DNA of 64,000 bases from an uncultured Actinomycetes bacterium (GTDB lineage Bacteria > Actinomycetota > Thermoleophilia > RBG-16-64-13). The translations under genes and the position numbers were made by a program. Of this stretch, positions 1-10,363 are shown piece by piece. The notes under the pieces were generated by a model. The model had not been told where the DNA came from and made no database searches. It was given only the letters and a program-made list of their open reading frames with translations. The stretch is from positions 1,029,795 through 1,093,794 of the forward strand of contig CAVQNN010000003.1 of the NCBI GenBank assembly GCA_963714175.1. Direction: 5' to 3'. The stretch's first letter is position 1, and every line of letters starts with the position of its first letter.

Positions 1-601
1 ACCCCGGCCACCCCCGGCAGGCGCTTGAGCAGCCAAACACGAAGAAGGCGCAGGCCAGAATGATGAGGAGGCCCCCGACGGGGTAGGCGAGATTCACCCA
101 GAACGCGAGGCCGGCCTCTGATGCGTCGAGTAGGGGCCCAAGGACGAAGGGCCAGGTAAGACCCGCCGCTCCAACGGTGAAGATGGCGGCGTCCAGAAGT
201 GTCTCAAGCGCGCCGGTGCCTCCGAATGTCTTCCAGGCCGCGAAGAGGATGACCCCAAGCGCCAGAAGGTAACTCGCCGCGTAGGGTATGTCTCCCAGCC
301 CGGGGTTCAGGGCCTCGCCCGGCCGGACCACCCAGTTGTACGCCCAGGCGAAGTCGGCAAGGATCTTGAGTATCATCCACAGCCCCATGGATGCCCACAG
401 CCAGCGGTCGGGCCTGCCTCTGTTCGCTCTCAAGGCCAGGACACACAGACCAAGAACGTAGAACTCGAAGGCTCCATACCCTATGTTGGCCACGATCCAG
501 CCGGCGGCAGACTCGGGCGCCAAGACCAGTTCGGCGACATGGTAGAGCGCTACATACGCGATCATTGTCGAGACGCCGATCCACAATCGGCGCTTTGTCA
601 C
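1..601 (-). CDS. Polytopic integral membrane protein, N-terminal part (start GTG at 599-601; gene runs off the left edge)
   Basis: The reverse frame is open from 601 to position 1. It translates to VTKRRLWIGVSTMIAYVALYHVAELVLAPESAAGWIVANIGYGAFEFYVLGLCVLAL..., successive hydrophobic helices. It is missing from the ORF track because no stop lies inside the window. Function not recognised. Confidence 0.5.
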   Translation of the reverse strand, partial: MTKRRLWIGVSTMIAYVALYHVAELVLAPESAAGWIVANIGYGAFEFYVLGLCVLALRANRGRPDRWLWASMGLWMILKILADFAWAYNWVVRPGEALNPGLGDIPYAASYLLALGVILFAAWKTFGGTGALETLLDAAIFTVGAAGLTWPFVLGPLLDASEAGLAFWVNLAYPVGGLLIILACAFFVFGCSSACRGWPG

Positions 602-625
602 TGCCGCTCCCGTCGTTCCCTCCTA

Positions 626-646
626 GGTCTATGCATGGTCTATGCA
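626..646. repeat. Tandem decamer GGTCTATGCA-T-GGTCTATGCA in the divergent region upstream of hisB
   Basis: Read directly: ggtctatgca at 626-635 and again at 637-646. Function unknown (operator or promoter element is speculation). Confidence 0.6.
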
Positions 647-831
647 CCAAGCAAACTACAACTCAAGGAGGGTATCGGCGAAAGTGCGCCATCGCTGTAG
701 CAAACCGCGGATGGGCTCATCGGAGGGTGGGTTGCGGCTGTGCTATCCTCCTGGCGTCGGTCCCAGTACAGACGACGCCCGGCAGGCAGAGGTGTTGCCG
801 CGACGTGAAGAACTCTATCACGGAGGAGACA

Positions 832-1455
832 TTGCAGGCCAGTAGCTCTCCGCAGCCTTTCGACGCGGCTCATCGAGTGGCCGACATAGAGAGGGAGACC
901 CGCGAGACCAAGGTAGTGGTGAGAATCGACCTGGACGGGTCGGGCCGAGCGACGATCGCTACCGGCCTGGGCTTCTTCGATCACATGCTGGAACTGGTGG
1001 CGGGTCATGGCCTTTTCGATCTCACCGTGGAGGCGACCGGCGATCTGCAAACCGGCGGGCACCACACCGTGGAGGATGTGGGCATCTGCCTGGGTGCGGC
1101 TCTGGCCAAGGCCGTGGGAGACAAGCGGGGAATCAGCCGCTATGGGAGCATGCTGACGCCCATGGACGAGTCCTTGGTTCTGGTGGCTCTAGATCTGAGC
1201 GGGCGTCCGTACTTCGCCTATGAGGGCGGACCCGTGGGGGAGAGCATTGCCGGGTTCAACGCCGGCCTGGTGGCGGAGTTCTTCCGCGCGGTCGCGAACC
1301 ACGCGCAGATGACGATGCACGTGCGGGTGCTGTCCGGCGGCGATGTCCATCACACCATCGAGGCGGTGTTCAAGGGCTTCGGCAAGGCACTTCGCCAGGC
1401 CGTGTCCATCGATCCTCGTACCGCGGGTATCCCCTCCACCAAGGGTGTTCTGTGA
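832..1455 (+). CDS. hisB: Imidazoleglycerol-phosphate dehydratase
   Basis: The C-terminal part of ORF 391..1455 carries HisB motifs (GLGFFDHMLE, GGHHTVEDVGI, HHTIEAVFKGFG). In-frame TTG at 832 follows GGAGGAG (822-828); an alternative GTG lies at 877. The upstream part of the ORF is Arg-rich and not HisB-like. Confidence 0.9.
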   Translation: MQASSSPQPFDAAHRVADIERETRETKVVVRIDLDGSGRATIATGLGFFDHMLELVAGHGLFDLTVEATGDLQTGGHHTVEDVGICLGAALAKAVGDKRGISRYGSMLTPMDESLVLVALDLSGRPYFAYEGGPVGESIAGFNAGLVAEFFRAVANHAQMTMHVRVLSGGDVHHTIEAVFKGFGKALRQAVSIDPRTAGIPSTKGVL

Positions 1456-2087
1456 GTTCGTCCCGATCGCTCTACATAGTGGACTACGGCGCAGGCAACT
1501 TGCGCTCGGTGCAGAAAGCGTTCGAACACGTGGGGGTGGAAGCGGTCGTGGGTTCCGACCCGCGGGCCATGGGCGCCGCTCTCGGTCTGGTGTTGCCCGG
1601 CGTGGGGGCCTTCGGTCCCGCCATGGAGCAACTGAAGAGCAAGGACCTGATCGAGCCGCTCCTGCTGCGGATCGAGGCCGGGGTGCCGTTCCTGGGGGTG
1701 TGCCTGGGCATGCAGTTGCTCTTCGAAGCCAGCGAGGAGGGCCCCGGAGTGCCCGGACTCGGCGTAGTCCGCGGAGACGTGCGGGCGCTGCCGCCGACGG
1801 TCAAGGTGCCCCACATAGGGTGGAATCAGGTGGAAGCGTGTACCTCATCCGATCTTTTCGAGGGCATCCCCGATGCGTCGGCTTTCTACTTCAATCACGG
1901 CTATGCGGTCGTGCCGCGTTCGCCCGGTGATGTGCTGGGCATGACCGACTACGACGGCGTGGTGTTCGTGTCGGCCATCGAGGTCGACAACGTGGCGGCG
2001 GTCCAGTTCCACCCAGAGAAATCGAGCACCATGGGGCTGCAGTTCTACCGCAATTTCGCCCGGCGAGCGGGTCTGGTGGCGGCGTAG
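1452..2087 (+). CDS. hisH: Imidazole glycerol phosphate synthase, glutamine amidotransferase subunit
   Basis: 211 aa. Carries YIVDYGAGNLRSVQKAFE, GVCLGMQLL (catalytic Cys) and QFHPEKS. The start overlaps the hisB stop. Confidence 0.95.
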   Translation: MSSSRSLYIVDYGAGNLRSVQKAFEHVGVEAVVGSDPRAMGAALGLVLPGVGAFGPAMEQLKSKDLIEPLLLRIEAGVPFLGVCLGMQLLFEASEEGPGVPGLGVVRGDVRALPPTVKVPHIGWNQVEACTSSDLFEGIPDASAFYFNHGYAVVPRSPGDVLGMTDYDGVVFVSAIEVDNVAAVQFHPEKSSTMGLQFYRNFARRAGLVAA

Positions 2088-2845
2088 TGAGGCTCATCCC
2101 CGCCATCGACATCCGGGGCGGCAGGTGCGTCCGTCTTCGGCGAGGTGACTTCGCCGACGAGACCGTCTTTGGAGACGACCCGGTGGCGATGGCCCAGCGA
2201 TGGGTGGGTGAAGGGGCGCGCTTCCTGCACGTGGTGGATCTCGACGGAGCCCGGGAGGGGGAGCAGCGCAACTTCCCGGTGATACAAGCGATCGCAGATG
2301 CGGTTTCTGCTGTCGTAGAGACCGGTGGGGGCATCCGTACGGAGGCTGCGCTGCAACTCATCGCCGGAAGCCGGGTGGCGAAGGCGGTGCTGGGGACGAG
2401 CGCGGTCGACGACGAGGACTTCTTGAAACGGGCTTTGGCGGTGTTGGGACCAGAACGTGTGGTGGTCGCGGTGGATGCCGAAGACGGTTTCGTCAAGACC
2501 AAGGGCTGGCTGGAGAAGAGCGACGTGCGGGCGCTCGATCTGGCGCGACGCCTTGGGGGTCTGGGTGTGCGCGAGATCCTCTACACCGATATCAGCCGGG
2601 ACGGCATGATGCAGAGCATCGATCTTGAGGGCATCCGCGAACTGGCAGAGAAGAGCGGGCTCGAGATCATCGCCTCCGGCGGGGTGACCAGCCTGGACGA
2701 TCTACGCGCGCTGAGAGTGCTCGAGCCTCTTGGCGTAACAGGGGTGATAGTGGGGAGGGCTCTATACGAGGAGCGGTTCACGGTGGCTGAGGCCTTGGCG
2801 GTGTTGGACGTGCTGGGCGAGGGTCGCATGGGCGACGGCCGCTGA
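2087..2845 (+). CDS. hisA: ProFAR isomerase (HisA/PriA type)
   Basis: 252 aa. Carries [25 protein letters not shown] and the (beta/alpha)8 GG motifs. Abuts hisH and hisF. Confidence 0.93.
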   Translation: MRLIPAIDIRGGRCVRLRRGDFADETVFGDDPVAMAQRWVGEGARFLHVVDLDGAREGEQRNFPVIQAIADAVSAVVETGGGIRTEAALQLIAGSRVAKAVLGTSAVDDEDFLKRALAVLGPERVVVAVDAEDGFVKTKGWLEKSDVRALDLARRLGGLGVREILYTDISRDGMMQSIDLEGIRELAEKSGLEIIASGGVTSLDDLRALRVLEPLGVTGVIVGRALYEERFTVAEALAVLDVLGEGRMGDGR

Positions 2846-3610
2846 TGCTACTCAAGAGAGTGATACCTTGCTTGGATGTCGACCGGGGCCGCGTGGTGAA
2901 GGGCACCAACTTCGTCCAGATCCGTGATGCCGGAGACCCAGTCGAGCTGGCCTCCCGCTATGACGCCGAGGGGGCCGACGAGGTCGTCTTTCTCGACATC
3001 ACCGCCTCACACGAGAAACGCGACACCATGGCGGAATTGGCGCGTCGCTGCGCGGAAGAGCTGTTCATTCCCTTCACCATAGGGGGAGGCATCCGCAGCG
3101 AGGAAGACGCGCGTCTCCTCTTGAGCGCCGGCGCAGACAAGGTCTCGCTCAATTCAGCCGCCATTCGCGATCCGGGAATCATCACCGCCTGCGCCCGCCG
3201 GTTCGGCTCGCAGTGTGTCGTTATCGCCATCGACGCCAAGAGCGTGGAGGGCTCGTCGCTCCCGCTGGGAGACCTACGTCGACGGGGGACGTACTCCAAC
3301 AGGGTTGGACGCTGTCGAGTGGGCTACCAGGGCGGTGGCTCTCGGTGCAGGGGAGATCCTGCTCACGTCGATGGACAAGGATGGCACCAAGGACGGATAC
3401 GACTTGGAACTCACCCGGGCGGTGGCCGCGGCCGTCAACGTGCCGATCATAGCGAGCGGCGGAGCCGGCACCCTCGACGATCTGGCGGAGGTTATCAGTG
3501 TCGGATGCGCCGACGCCGTTCTCGCCGCTTCCATCTTTCACTACGGCGAGTACACGATCCGAGAGGCCAAGGAGCACATGGCCGCCAAGGGGATTCCCGT
3601 CCGCCTGTGA
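2845..3610 (+). CDS. hisF: Imidazole glycerol phosphate synthase cyclase subunit, frameshifted as assembled
   Basis: The N-terminal part (KRVIPCLDV...VVIAIDAK) is in the frame of ORF 2845. The C-terminal part ([21 protein letters not shown]...[17 protein letters not shown]...IASGGAG) is in the frame of ORF 3215..3610. One +1 shift lies between about 3250 and 3268. Confidence 0.9.
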
Positions 3611-3667
3611 TCGCCATCGGGTAGAATGTGGCCGGAATCCGGCCGCTCTTGGTAAAATGGAGAGCTA

Positions 3668-4843
3668 GTGAACCTTCCCCTGATACCGAAGGAGCGCGAA
3701 GGGCAGATAGGGAGATTGACTGCTCCCTTGCTGGCTGTCGCCGTCCTCGTCATCCTCTTGGTGGCGTTGCCACTCTTCTCGCCCGCCTCAAGCGCGACTC
3801 TGAAGGAGAGGTTGGCTCAGAAGCAGGCCGAACTCAACGCGGCCTATGCCGAGTATTCCAAGTTCCAGGACGAACTCAATCTGTTGGCCGAGAAGCACAA
3901 TGCTGCCGAGGTCCGGCTGGCCGAGATCGACGACGCCATCAATCTGGAGGAGAACGAGATCGCGCTGGCCGAGAAAGACATGAGCATCGCCCAGGCCCAG
4001 CTCGCCGAACGCGTGGTCGGGCTCTACAAGGACAACTACTCGGCAGCGCCTCGCTACCTGGAAGCCCTGTTTGAGGAGTCCGATTTCGCCAGTATCCTCG
4101 ACCGCTTCACGTTGTTGTCAAGACTGGCCGATCAGGATCAGGAGTTGTTCGACGAGGTGGCCGTCTACCTGGATGAATCCGAGACCGACCAGGCTGCTCT
4201 AGAGGAGAAGAAACAGGCTCAGGCTGCGCAGTTGCAGGAACTCGAGGGTCTTCAGTCGGAGATGAACGAGAAGTTCTCTGCCTCGTCGAGCGACTACAAG
4301 CGCCTGAAGAGCCAGGTACTCAGTCTGAGAGAAGACGTGCGCAAGGCCGAGGAAGCCGCGGCCGCGGCCGCGGCAGCGGCAGCAGCGGCCAGGGCCAACA
4401 CGGCCAAGAGCAACAGCTAGCGGCGGCCGCGTCCAGTCCGGATCGTTCGTGTTCCCGGTGGACGGACCGCACAGCTTCATCAACTCGTGGGGAGCCGCCC
4501 GTTCGGGTGGGCGTCGCACACAGGCACGGATATCTTGGCAGCTGAGGGTACGCCGGTGGTGGCATGCGTGAGCGGTACCATCTCTCGCGCCAATTCCACC
4601 GATAGTGGACTGGGTGGCATCACCGTCACGCTGCAGGGCAACAACGGCACGCGCTACTACTACGCCCATTTGAGTGGCATCGCCTCCGGCATCCATTCGG
4701 GAGTCTCGGTCAAGGCCGGCCGAATCCTCGGCTTCGTGGGTCACACCGGCAATGCCGGCACCTGCAACCATCTGCACTTCGCCATGTACCCCGGAGGGGG
4801 ATCGGCCACCAACCCCTACGCGACTCTGAAGTCGGCCGACTAA
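3668..4843 (+). CDS. Coiled-coil / M23 (LytM-type) peptidoglycan metalloendopeptidase, frame-disrupted as assembled
   Basis: Signal/TM segment plus a long coiled coil and a poly-Ala run (ORF 3668..4420). The M23 domain follows (FVFPVDGPHSF...GGRR | HTGTDILAAEGTPVVA...NHLHFAM), split over frames. Shifts lie somewhere in 4326-4437 and at about 4517. A TAGAAT -10-like hexamer sits at 3622-3627. Confidence 0.8.
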
Positions 4844-4844
4844 A

Positions 4845-5075
4845 GGGCTGCTGAAGAAGGAAGTCCCGGCCGCCAGAACGCACTGGGCGGCGCAATACCG
4901 CGTCCTCAGTCGCGTGAATAGCGCTGCTATTCACGCTCCCTGCGTCCTTGTCTTACGCGTGCCCATCGCGCCCTGACGGCGAAACGTCCTCCTTCATCAA
5001 CCCTGGGGCTGCTGAAGAAGGAAGTCCCGGCCGCCAGAACGCACTGGGCGGCGCGACGCAATACCGCGACCGGCT
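4845..5075. repeat. Intergenic imperfect-palindrome repeat element plus a partial second copy (49-nt direct repeat at 4845-4893 and 5006-5054)
   Basis: gggctgctgaagaaggaagtcccggccgccagaacgcactgggcggcgc occurs twice. The first copy continues through the hairpin gtgaatagc-gct-gctattcac. It matches 41583-41743 over about 100 nt (cactgggcggcgcaata..cgtcctcagtcgcg..aatagcg.tgctattcacgctccctgcgtcct). Confidence 0.8.
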
Positions 5076-5118
5076 GTGATCCTAGCCAATCCGCACGTCT
5101 TACGAGACTGCATCTTCC

Positions 5119-5158
5119 AAAATGAAAAGGACCGGAGGGCAGTCCGCCCACCGGTCCT
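5119..5158 (-). terminator. Intrinsic terminator downstream of gdhA
   Basis: On the minus strand: AAGGACCGG...CCGGTCCTT stem (inner GGGC/GCCC) followed by TTTTCATTTT. It lies 28 nt past the gdhA stop. Confidence 0.65.
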
Positions 5159-5185
5159 TCTGCACTGCTGCTCGTAAGAGTGGCT

Positions 5186-6643
<1,458 letters not shown>

Positions 6644-6742
6644 CTATGTACATACGGCCAAGCACAGCTCGTACAAATTTGGCTAGACGGCCATGAACAC
6701 TCGGAGGCCCGATGAAGAGTCTCCCTGGTTGATGAACACGCG

Positions 6743-7727
6743 GTGGAGCGATTGCTCCTGCTGGTGGGTGCTCTGCGCTCGGGTCTGATCGACTCGCTGG
6801 CGAGCGGCGAGGCTCGGTCTGTCGAGCAGGTGGCGCGAACTGCCGGAACCGACCCCCGAGCGAGTCGAATCGTGCTGGAAGCCCTGGTGAGCGAAAACGT
6901 CGTGGAGCGAGCATCGGGAGCGGACGAACTGGCGTTGTACCGACTCTCGCCCTTGGGAAGAGCTCATCTGGTGGAAGAGGGACCTGATCTGGAGAGGGCC
7001 GGTCTCGTGCATCACGCCAACAAGATGCGTGGCTGGCTCGAACTGTCGGAGGTCATCCGAACGGGCAGGCCGGCTCCAAGGGACGCACGCAGTCGGGATC
7101 AGCGCGCGATGGTATCGGCTATGGGGGAACGAGACCCGGCGGTGCTTGACGAGATCGTGGAGCGTTGCTTCGCGTATGCCGGAACGATCCGTACCATGAT
7201 CGACGTGGGAGGGGCCGTCGGGCACTTGGCCCGGCATTTCTCGCGCCGGGGAGTGAAGGCCACCCTTCTAGATCGGGAGGAGACCCTGCCGGTGGCCAGG
7301 GAGTTCCTGGGAGATGAGGCCGGCGGTATCGCGCTGGTTGGTGGAGACTACACGGAATCGCTGCCCTCCGGGCCCTTCGACCTGGTCTACTTTGGCAACG
7401 TCTATCACATCTACGGTCACGGATCTGAACGCGCGCGTCACCCGGGAGGCCTTCTCCATCACGGCCCCGGGTGGGACCATCGCCATACAGGACTATGTGT
7501 GGGGCCGTAGCGCCAGAGCCGCCCTGTTCGCCGTAAACATGCTGCGAGCGACCGAGGACGGTGGAGTGTGGACCGAGGCTCAGCATCGGGCGTGGTTGGA
7601 CGACGCCGGCTTTGCTAGCATCGAGGTCATCGATCTGGAGAACAGCGAGGGGCAGCTCATCCTCGCCAAGAGGCCGCTGAAGAATGACGCGAATGACGCT
7701 TCGCCTCTAGATCGTCCAGCGGCCTGA
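6743..7727 (+). CDS. SAM-dependent (O-)methyltransferase with N-terminal winged-helix domain, frameshifted as assembled
   Basis: ORF 6743..7510 gives the wHTH part plus the SAM motif IDVGGAVGHLA up to DLVYFGNVYHIYG. The protein continues in the frame of ORF 7314..7727 (DLNARVTREAFSITAPGGTIAIQDYV...). One +1 shift near 7415-7420. Confidence 0.75.
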
Positions 7728-7801
7728 GGAGCGTCTCTAGGTTTATGAAGGCCAGGTAGCGGGCAGCTTCGAGTAGACCTCGAGCAGCCCCAGTCGAGGA
7801 G

Positions 7802-8071
7802 GTGAGCGTGGCGGAAGTACCCGACAGTCCGGAGAACGCGACAGCGTGTCTCTGTGGCAACTGCCCCTCAAAGAACGAGGACGGCATGGGCTTCTATTGT
7901 GTGAGAGGCACAAGCCCGATGAGTGTTAACCGCGGGTTCTGCGCGTGCAACTGGTGTCCTCTCTGGAGCGGATACGGCCTGACGAGGCTCTACAACTGCG
8001 ACAAGTACGAGGAGGCCGGCGAGGGCGCTGGAAGAGACGGCGGCCTGGGCGGCGATGAAGAGATGGTCTAG
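7802..8071 (+). CDS. Small Cys-rich DUF2769-like protein
   Basis: CLCGNCPS...FYCVRG...CACNWCPLW...YNC matches my memory of DUF2769. GAGGAGG at 7796-7802 favours the second GTG (7808) as start. Confidence 0.6.
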   Translation: MSVAEVPDSPENATACLCGNCPSKNEDGMGFYCVRGTSPMSVNRGFCACNWCPLWSGYGLTRLYNCDKYEEAGEGAGRDGGLGGDEEMV

Positions 8072-8082
8072 CGGGAGAGGTA

Positions 8083-9291
8083 ATGGAGCGATACTTGTTG
8101 AGAGATGATATCTGGTGGGTCGGCGTGATCGACTGGAACTCACGCGATTTTCACGGGTACGAGACGGCCCGGGGCACCACCTACAACGCCTATCTGATCA
8201 TGGACGAGAAAGTCGCGCTGATCGACGGATGCAGGGAGGGCTTCGGTCCGGAGATGCTGGCGCGGGTGCGGGGGTGTTGCGAGTCCCGGCCGGTCGACTA
8301 CATGGTGATCAATCATGTGGAACCCGATCACTCGGGCGCCATCCCCTGGCTGGTGCAGCAGTTGACTCCCCAACGCATCTTCTGCTCCAAGCGAGCCAAG
8401 GACGCTCTAGCCCTGTACTACGGCGCCGAGACCGTCGAAGGGTGGGACCTGCAGATCGTCGGCACCGGCGACGAACTGCCTCTGGGTCGCAACACCCTGC
8501 AGTTCATCGAGGCTCCCATGCTTCACTGGCCCGACAGCATGTTCACCTATGTGAAGGAGGCGAAGACCCTCCTGCCCAACGACGCCTTCGGCCAGCACCT
8601 GGCCACCTCGAAGCGCTTCGCCGACGAGGTGGACATGAGCGTCGTCATGGAAGAAGCGAGCACGTACTACGCCAACATCCTGATGCCGTTCGGCGGGCAG
8701 ATCCAGAAGATGCTGGCCAAGATCGGCGAGATGGGCCTGGAGATCGAGGCCATCGGTCCCAGTCACGGAGTCATCTGGCGCCGGCCGGAGGATGTGGCCC
8801 GGATCGTCGAGGCGTATTCGCGTTGGAGCACCTTTCGGGCGCCCGAGCGAGTCACTCTGGTCTACGACACCATGTGGCACTCCACGGAGAAGATGACCAT
8901 GGCCATCGCTGACGGGGTGGCGCAGGAGGGCGTGGAGTGCACCGTCATCAGGCTCAGCGCAAGCCCCCGGTCGGAGGCGGCCCACCAGATCCTGGAGTCG
9001 CGCGCCTTCCTGGTCGGCACACCCACGCTCAACAACGGCATGTTCCCGACCGTGGGCGGCTTCCTGACCTACATCAAGGGCCTGCGCCCGAAGAACCGCA
9101 TCTGCGGAGCCTACGGCTCCTGCGGGTGGGCCGGTGGAGGGGTCAAGCAGATCGACGCCGAACTGCGCGAGATGGGTCTGGACATGCTGGACCCCATAGA
9201 GGTGAAGTACATGCCCAGCGAGGCGGAACTGGAAGCCTGCGTGGAATTGGGACGGGACGTGGCGCGCAGAGTCAAGGCAATGGAGGGATGA
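8083..9291 (+). CDS. Flavodiiron protein (metallo-beta-lactamase + flavodoxin domains; O2/NO reductase type)
   Basis: 402 aa. Di-iron ligand motif INHVEPDHSG, with a C-terminal flavodoxin-like domain (FLVGTPTLNNGMFP). Good RBS (GGGAGAGG). Intact. Confidence 0.9.
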   Translation: MERYLLRDDIWWVGVIDWNSRDFHGYETARGTTYNAYLIMDEKVALIDGCREGFGPEMLARVRGCCESRPVDYMVINHVEPDHSGAIPWLVQQLTPQRIFCSKRAKDALALYYGAETVEGWDLQIVGTGDELPLGRNTLQFIEAPMLHWPDSMFTYVKEAKTLLPNDAFGQHLATSKRFADEVDMSVVMEEASTYYANILMPFGGQIQKMLAKIGEMGLEIEAIGPSHGVIWRRPEDVARIVEAYSRWSTFRAPERVTLVYDTMWHSTEKMTMAIADGVAQEGVECTVIRLSASPRSEAAHQILESRAFLVGTPTLNNGMFPTVGGFLTYIKGLRPKNRICGAYGSCGWAGGGVKQIDAELREMGLDMLDPIEVKYMPSEAELEACVELGRDVARRVKAMEG

Positions 9292-9295
9292 GCCT

Positions 9296-9904
9296 GTGAC
9301 GGTGACGGTACTTGGTCTGGCCGGGAGCGCCCGGCGGGGTGGGAACACGGAGACCATGCTCGACTGGTGTCTGGCCGCGGCGCGCGCAAACGGGCGCCGT
9401 CGTCGTCAAGTTCGCTCTGTCGCGAACTCAACCTGCGTGGGTGCCAGTCCTGCGACCGCTGCTGGAAGGACGGCGTCTGCGTGCTGAAAGACGACATGCA
9501 CATCCTCTATCCGCATCTGCGGACTGCCGATTCCATCGTGCTTGCAGCGCCGACCTACTTCCAGGGGATGCCGTCGCTGCCCAAGACGGTGGTCGACCGT
9601 TGTCAGCCGTTCTGGGCGCTGAAGTACGTTCTTGGACAGCCCATCGCGAAGCCCGGCAGTCCCGAGAGGCTGGGCGCCTTCCTGAGTTGCGCCGCGACCA
9701 AGACCTCGCATGCGTTCGACGGCAGCCGGCTGATCATGGCGAGCTTGTGGCACGTCCTCGAAGTGACGCCGGCTGGGGAGTCGCTCTACATGGGAGTGGA
9801 CCACAAGGGCCAGATAACGGAGCATCCTGGGGCTCGAGTGGCGGCCGAAGATCATCGGCCGGCGCCTAGCTCAGGAGCGCCCCACGGAAAGGAAGAGCAC
9901 GTGA
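9296..9904 (+). CDS. NADPH-dependent FMN reductase / iron-sulfur flavoprotein-like, three frameshifts as assembled
   Basis: Reconstructed as MTVTVLGLAGSARRGGNTETML...ARANG | AVVVKFALS | ELNLRGCQSCDRCWKDGVCVLKDDM...APTYFQGMPS... | ...KIIGRRLAQERPTERKST*. +1 shifts near 9396, 9425 and about 9835. The reconstructed stop TGA is at 9902-9904. Confidence 0.7.
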
Positions 9905-10113
9905 ACGGCGAAATTAGTGGAGTGAAGACCTGCATCAACTGCGGCAAGCCTCTTGCTGACCGGGTGGAGGAAGAGGAGCGAACGGGCACCGGCGTCAGCC
10001 GGTCGACCGGTGAGTGCAGCACCTACCGGGTGTGGTTCTGTGTCAACAGCGAGTGCGTGATGTTCAAGACCGACCTCTACCGGGAGCAGATCGCCGATCG
10101 TTCTGATCGCTGA
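9901..10113 (+). CDS. Small zinc-ribbon-like protein (hypothetical)
   Basis: GTG at 9901 overlaps the reconstructed upstream stop (GTGA) and follows GGAAAGGAAGAG. 70 aa with CINCG...C...CVNSEC. In the ORF track it is fused to the 3' end of ORF 9367..10113. Confidence 0.4.
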   Translation: MNGEISGVKTCINCGKPLADRVEEEERTGTGVSRSTGECSTYRVWFCVNSECVMFKTDLYREQIADRSDR

Positions 10114-10148
10114 ATCCTGTCGGGAGAGTCTCAAGAGAAGGGGGCAAC

Positions 10149-10352
10149 ATGGAGAAACGCCTGCAAAGGTCCCGGACCGAGAAGATGCTCGGCGGTGTTT
10201 GCGGAGGCTTGGGAGAGTACTTCGGAGTCGACCCCACCATTATCCGAGTGCTGTGGGTGGCCATCACCCTGCTCGGGGGCGCGGGGATCCTTCTCTACCT
10301 GATTCTCTGGGTGGTCATGCCCGAACAAACGGCGCCGCCGATGTCCTCGTAA
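10149..10352 (+). CDS. PspC-domain membrane protein
   Basis: LQRSRTEKMLGGVCGGLGEYFGVDPTIIRVLWV followed by a TM helix, which is typical of a PspC domain. Confidence 0.8.
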   Translation: MEKRLQRSRTEKMLGGVCGGLGEYFGVDPTIIRVLWVAITLLGGAGILLYLILWVVMPEQTAPPMSS

Positions 10353-10363
10353 CCAATTCTGGT

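Noticed and set aside
700-800. Possible T-box or His attenuator upstream of hisB (GGAGGGTGGGTTGCGGC resembles the T-box core)
   Set aside because: It matches only 7 of 13 positions of the AGGGUGGNACCGCG core. I found no specifier loop or antiterminator-terminator alternative, and no run of His codons.
391-831. N-terminal 147 aa of ORF 391..1455 as part of HisB
   Set aside because: The sequence is Arg/Ser/Pro-rich and unlike any HisB. HisB homology begins about 20 aa after the TTG at 832, which has a GGAGGAG RBS. The region also overlaps the start of the divergent membrane-protein gene.
4340-4400. GCN-rich run (poly-Ala) in the M23 gene as a slippage-prone contingency repeat
   Set aside because: The codons are mixed (gcc/gcg/gca) rather than a perfect tandem repeat. 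It looks like an ordinary low-complexity linker, though it may be where one frame error lies.
6645-6654. Palindrome TATGTACATA upstream of gdhA as a nitrogen-regulator operator
   Set aside because: It is a single 10-bp palindrome in an AT-richer promoter region. It matches no GlnR or AmtR consensus that I can recall, so the evidence is insufficient.
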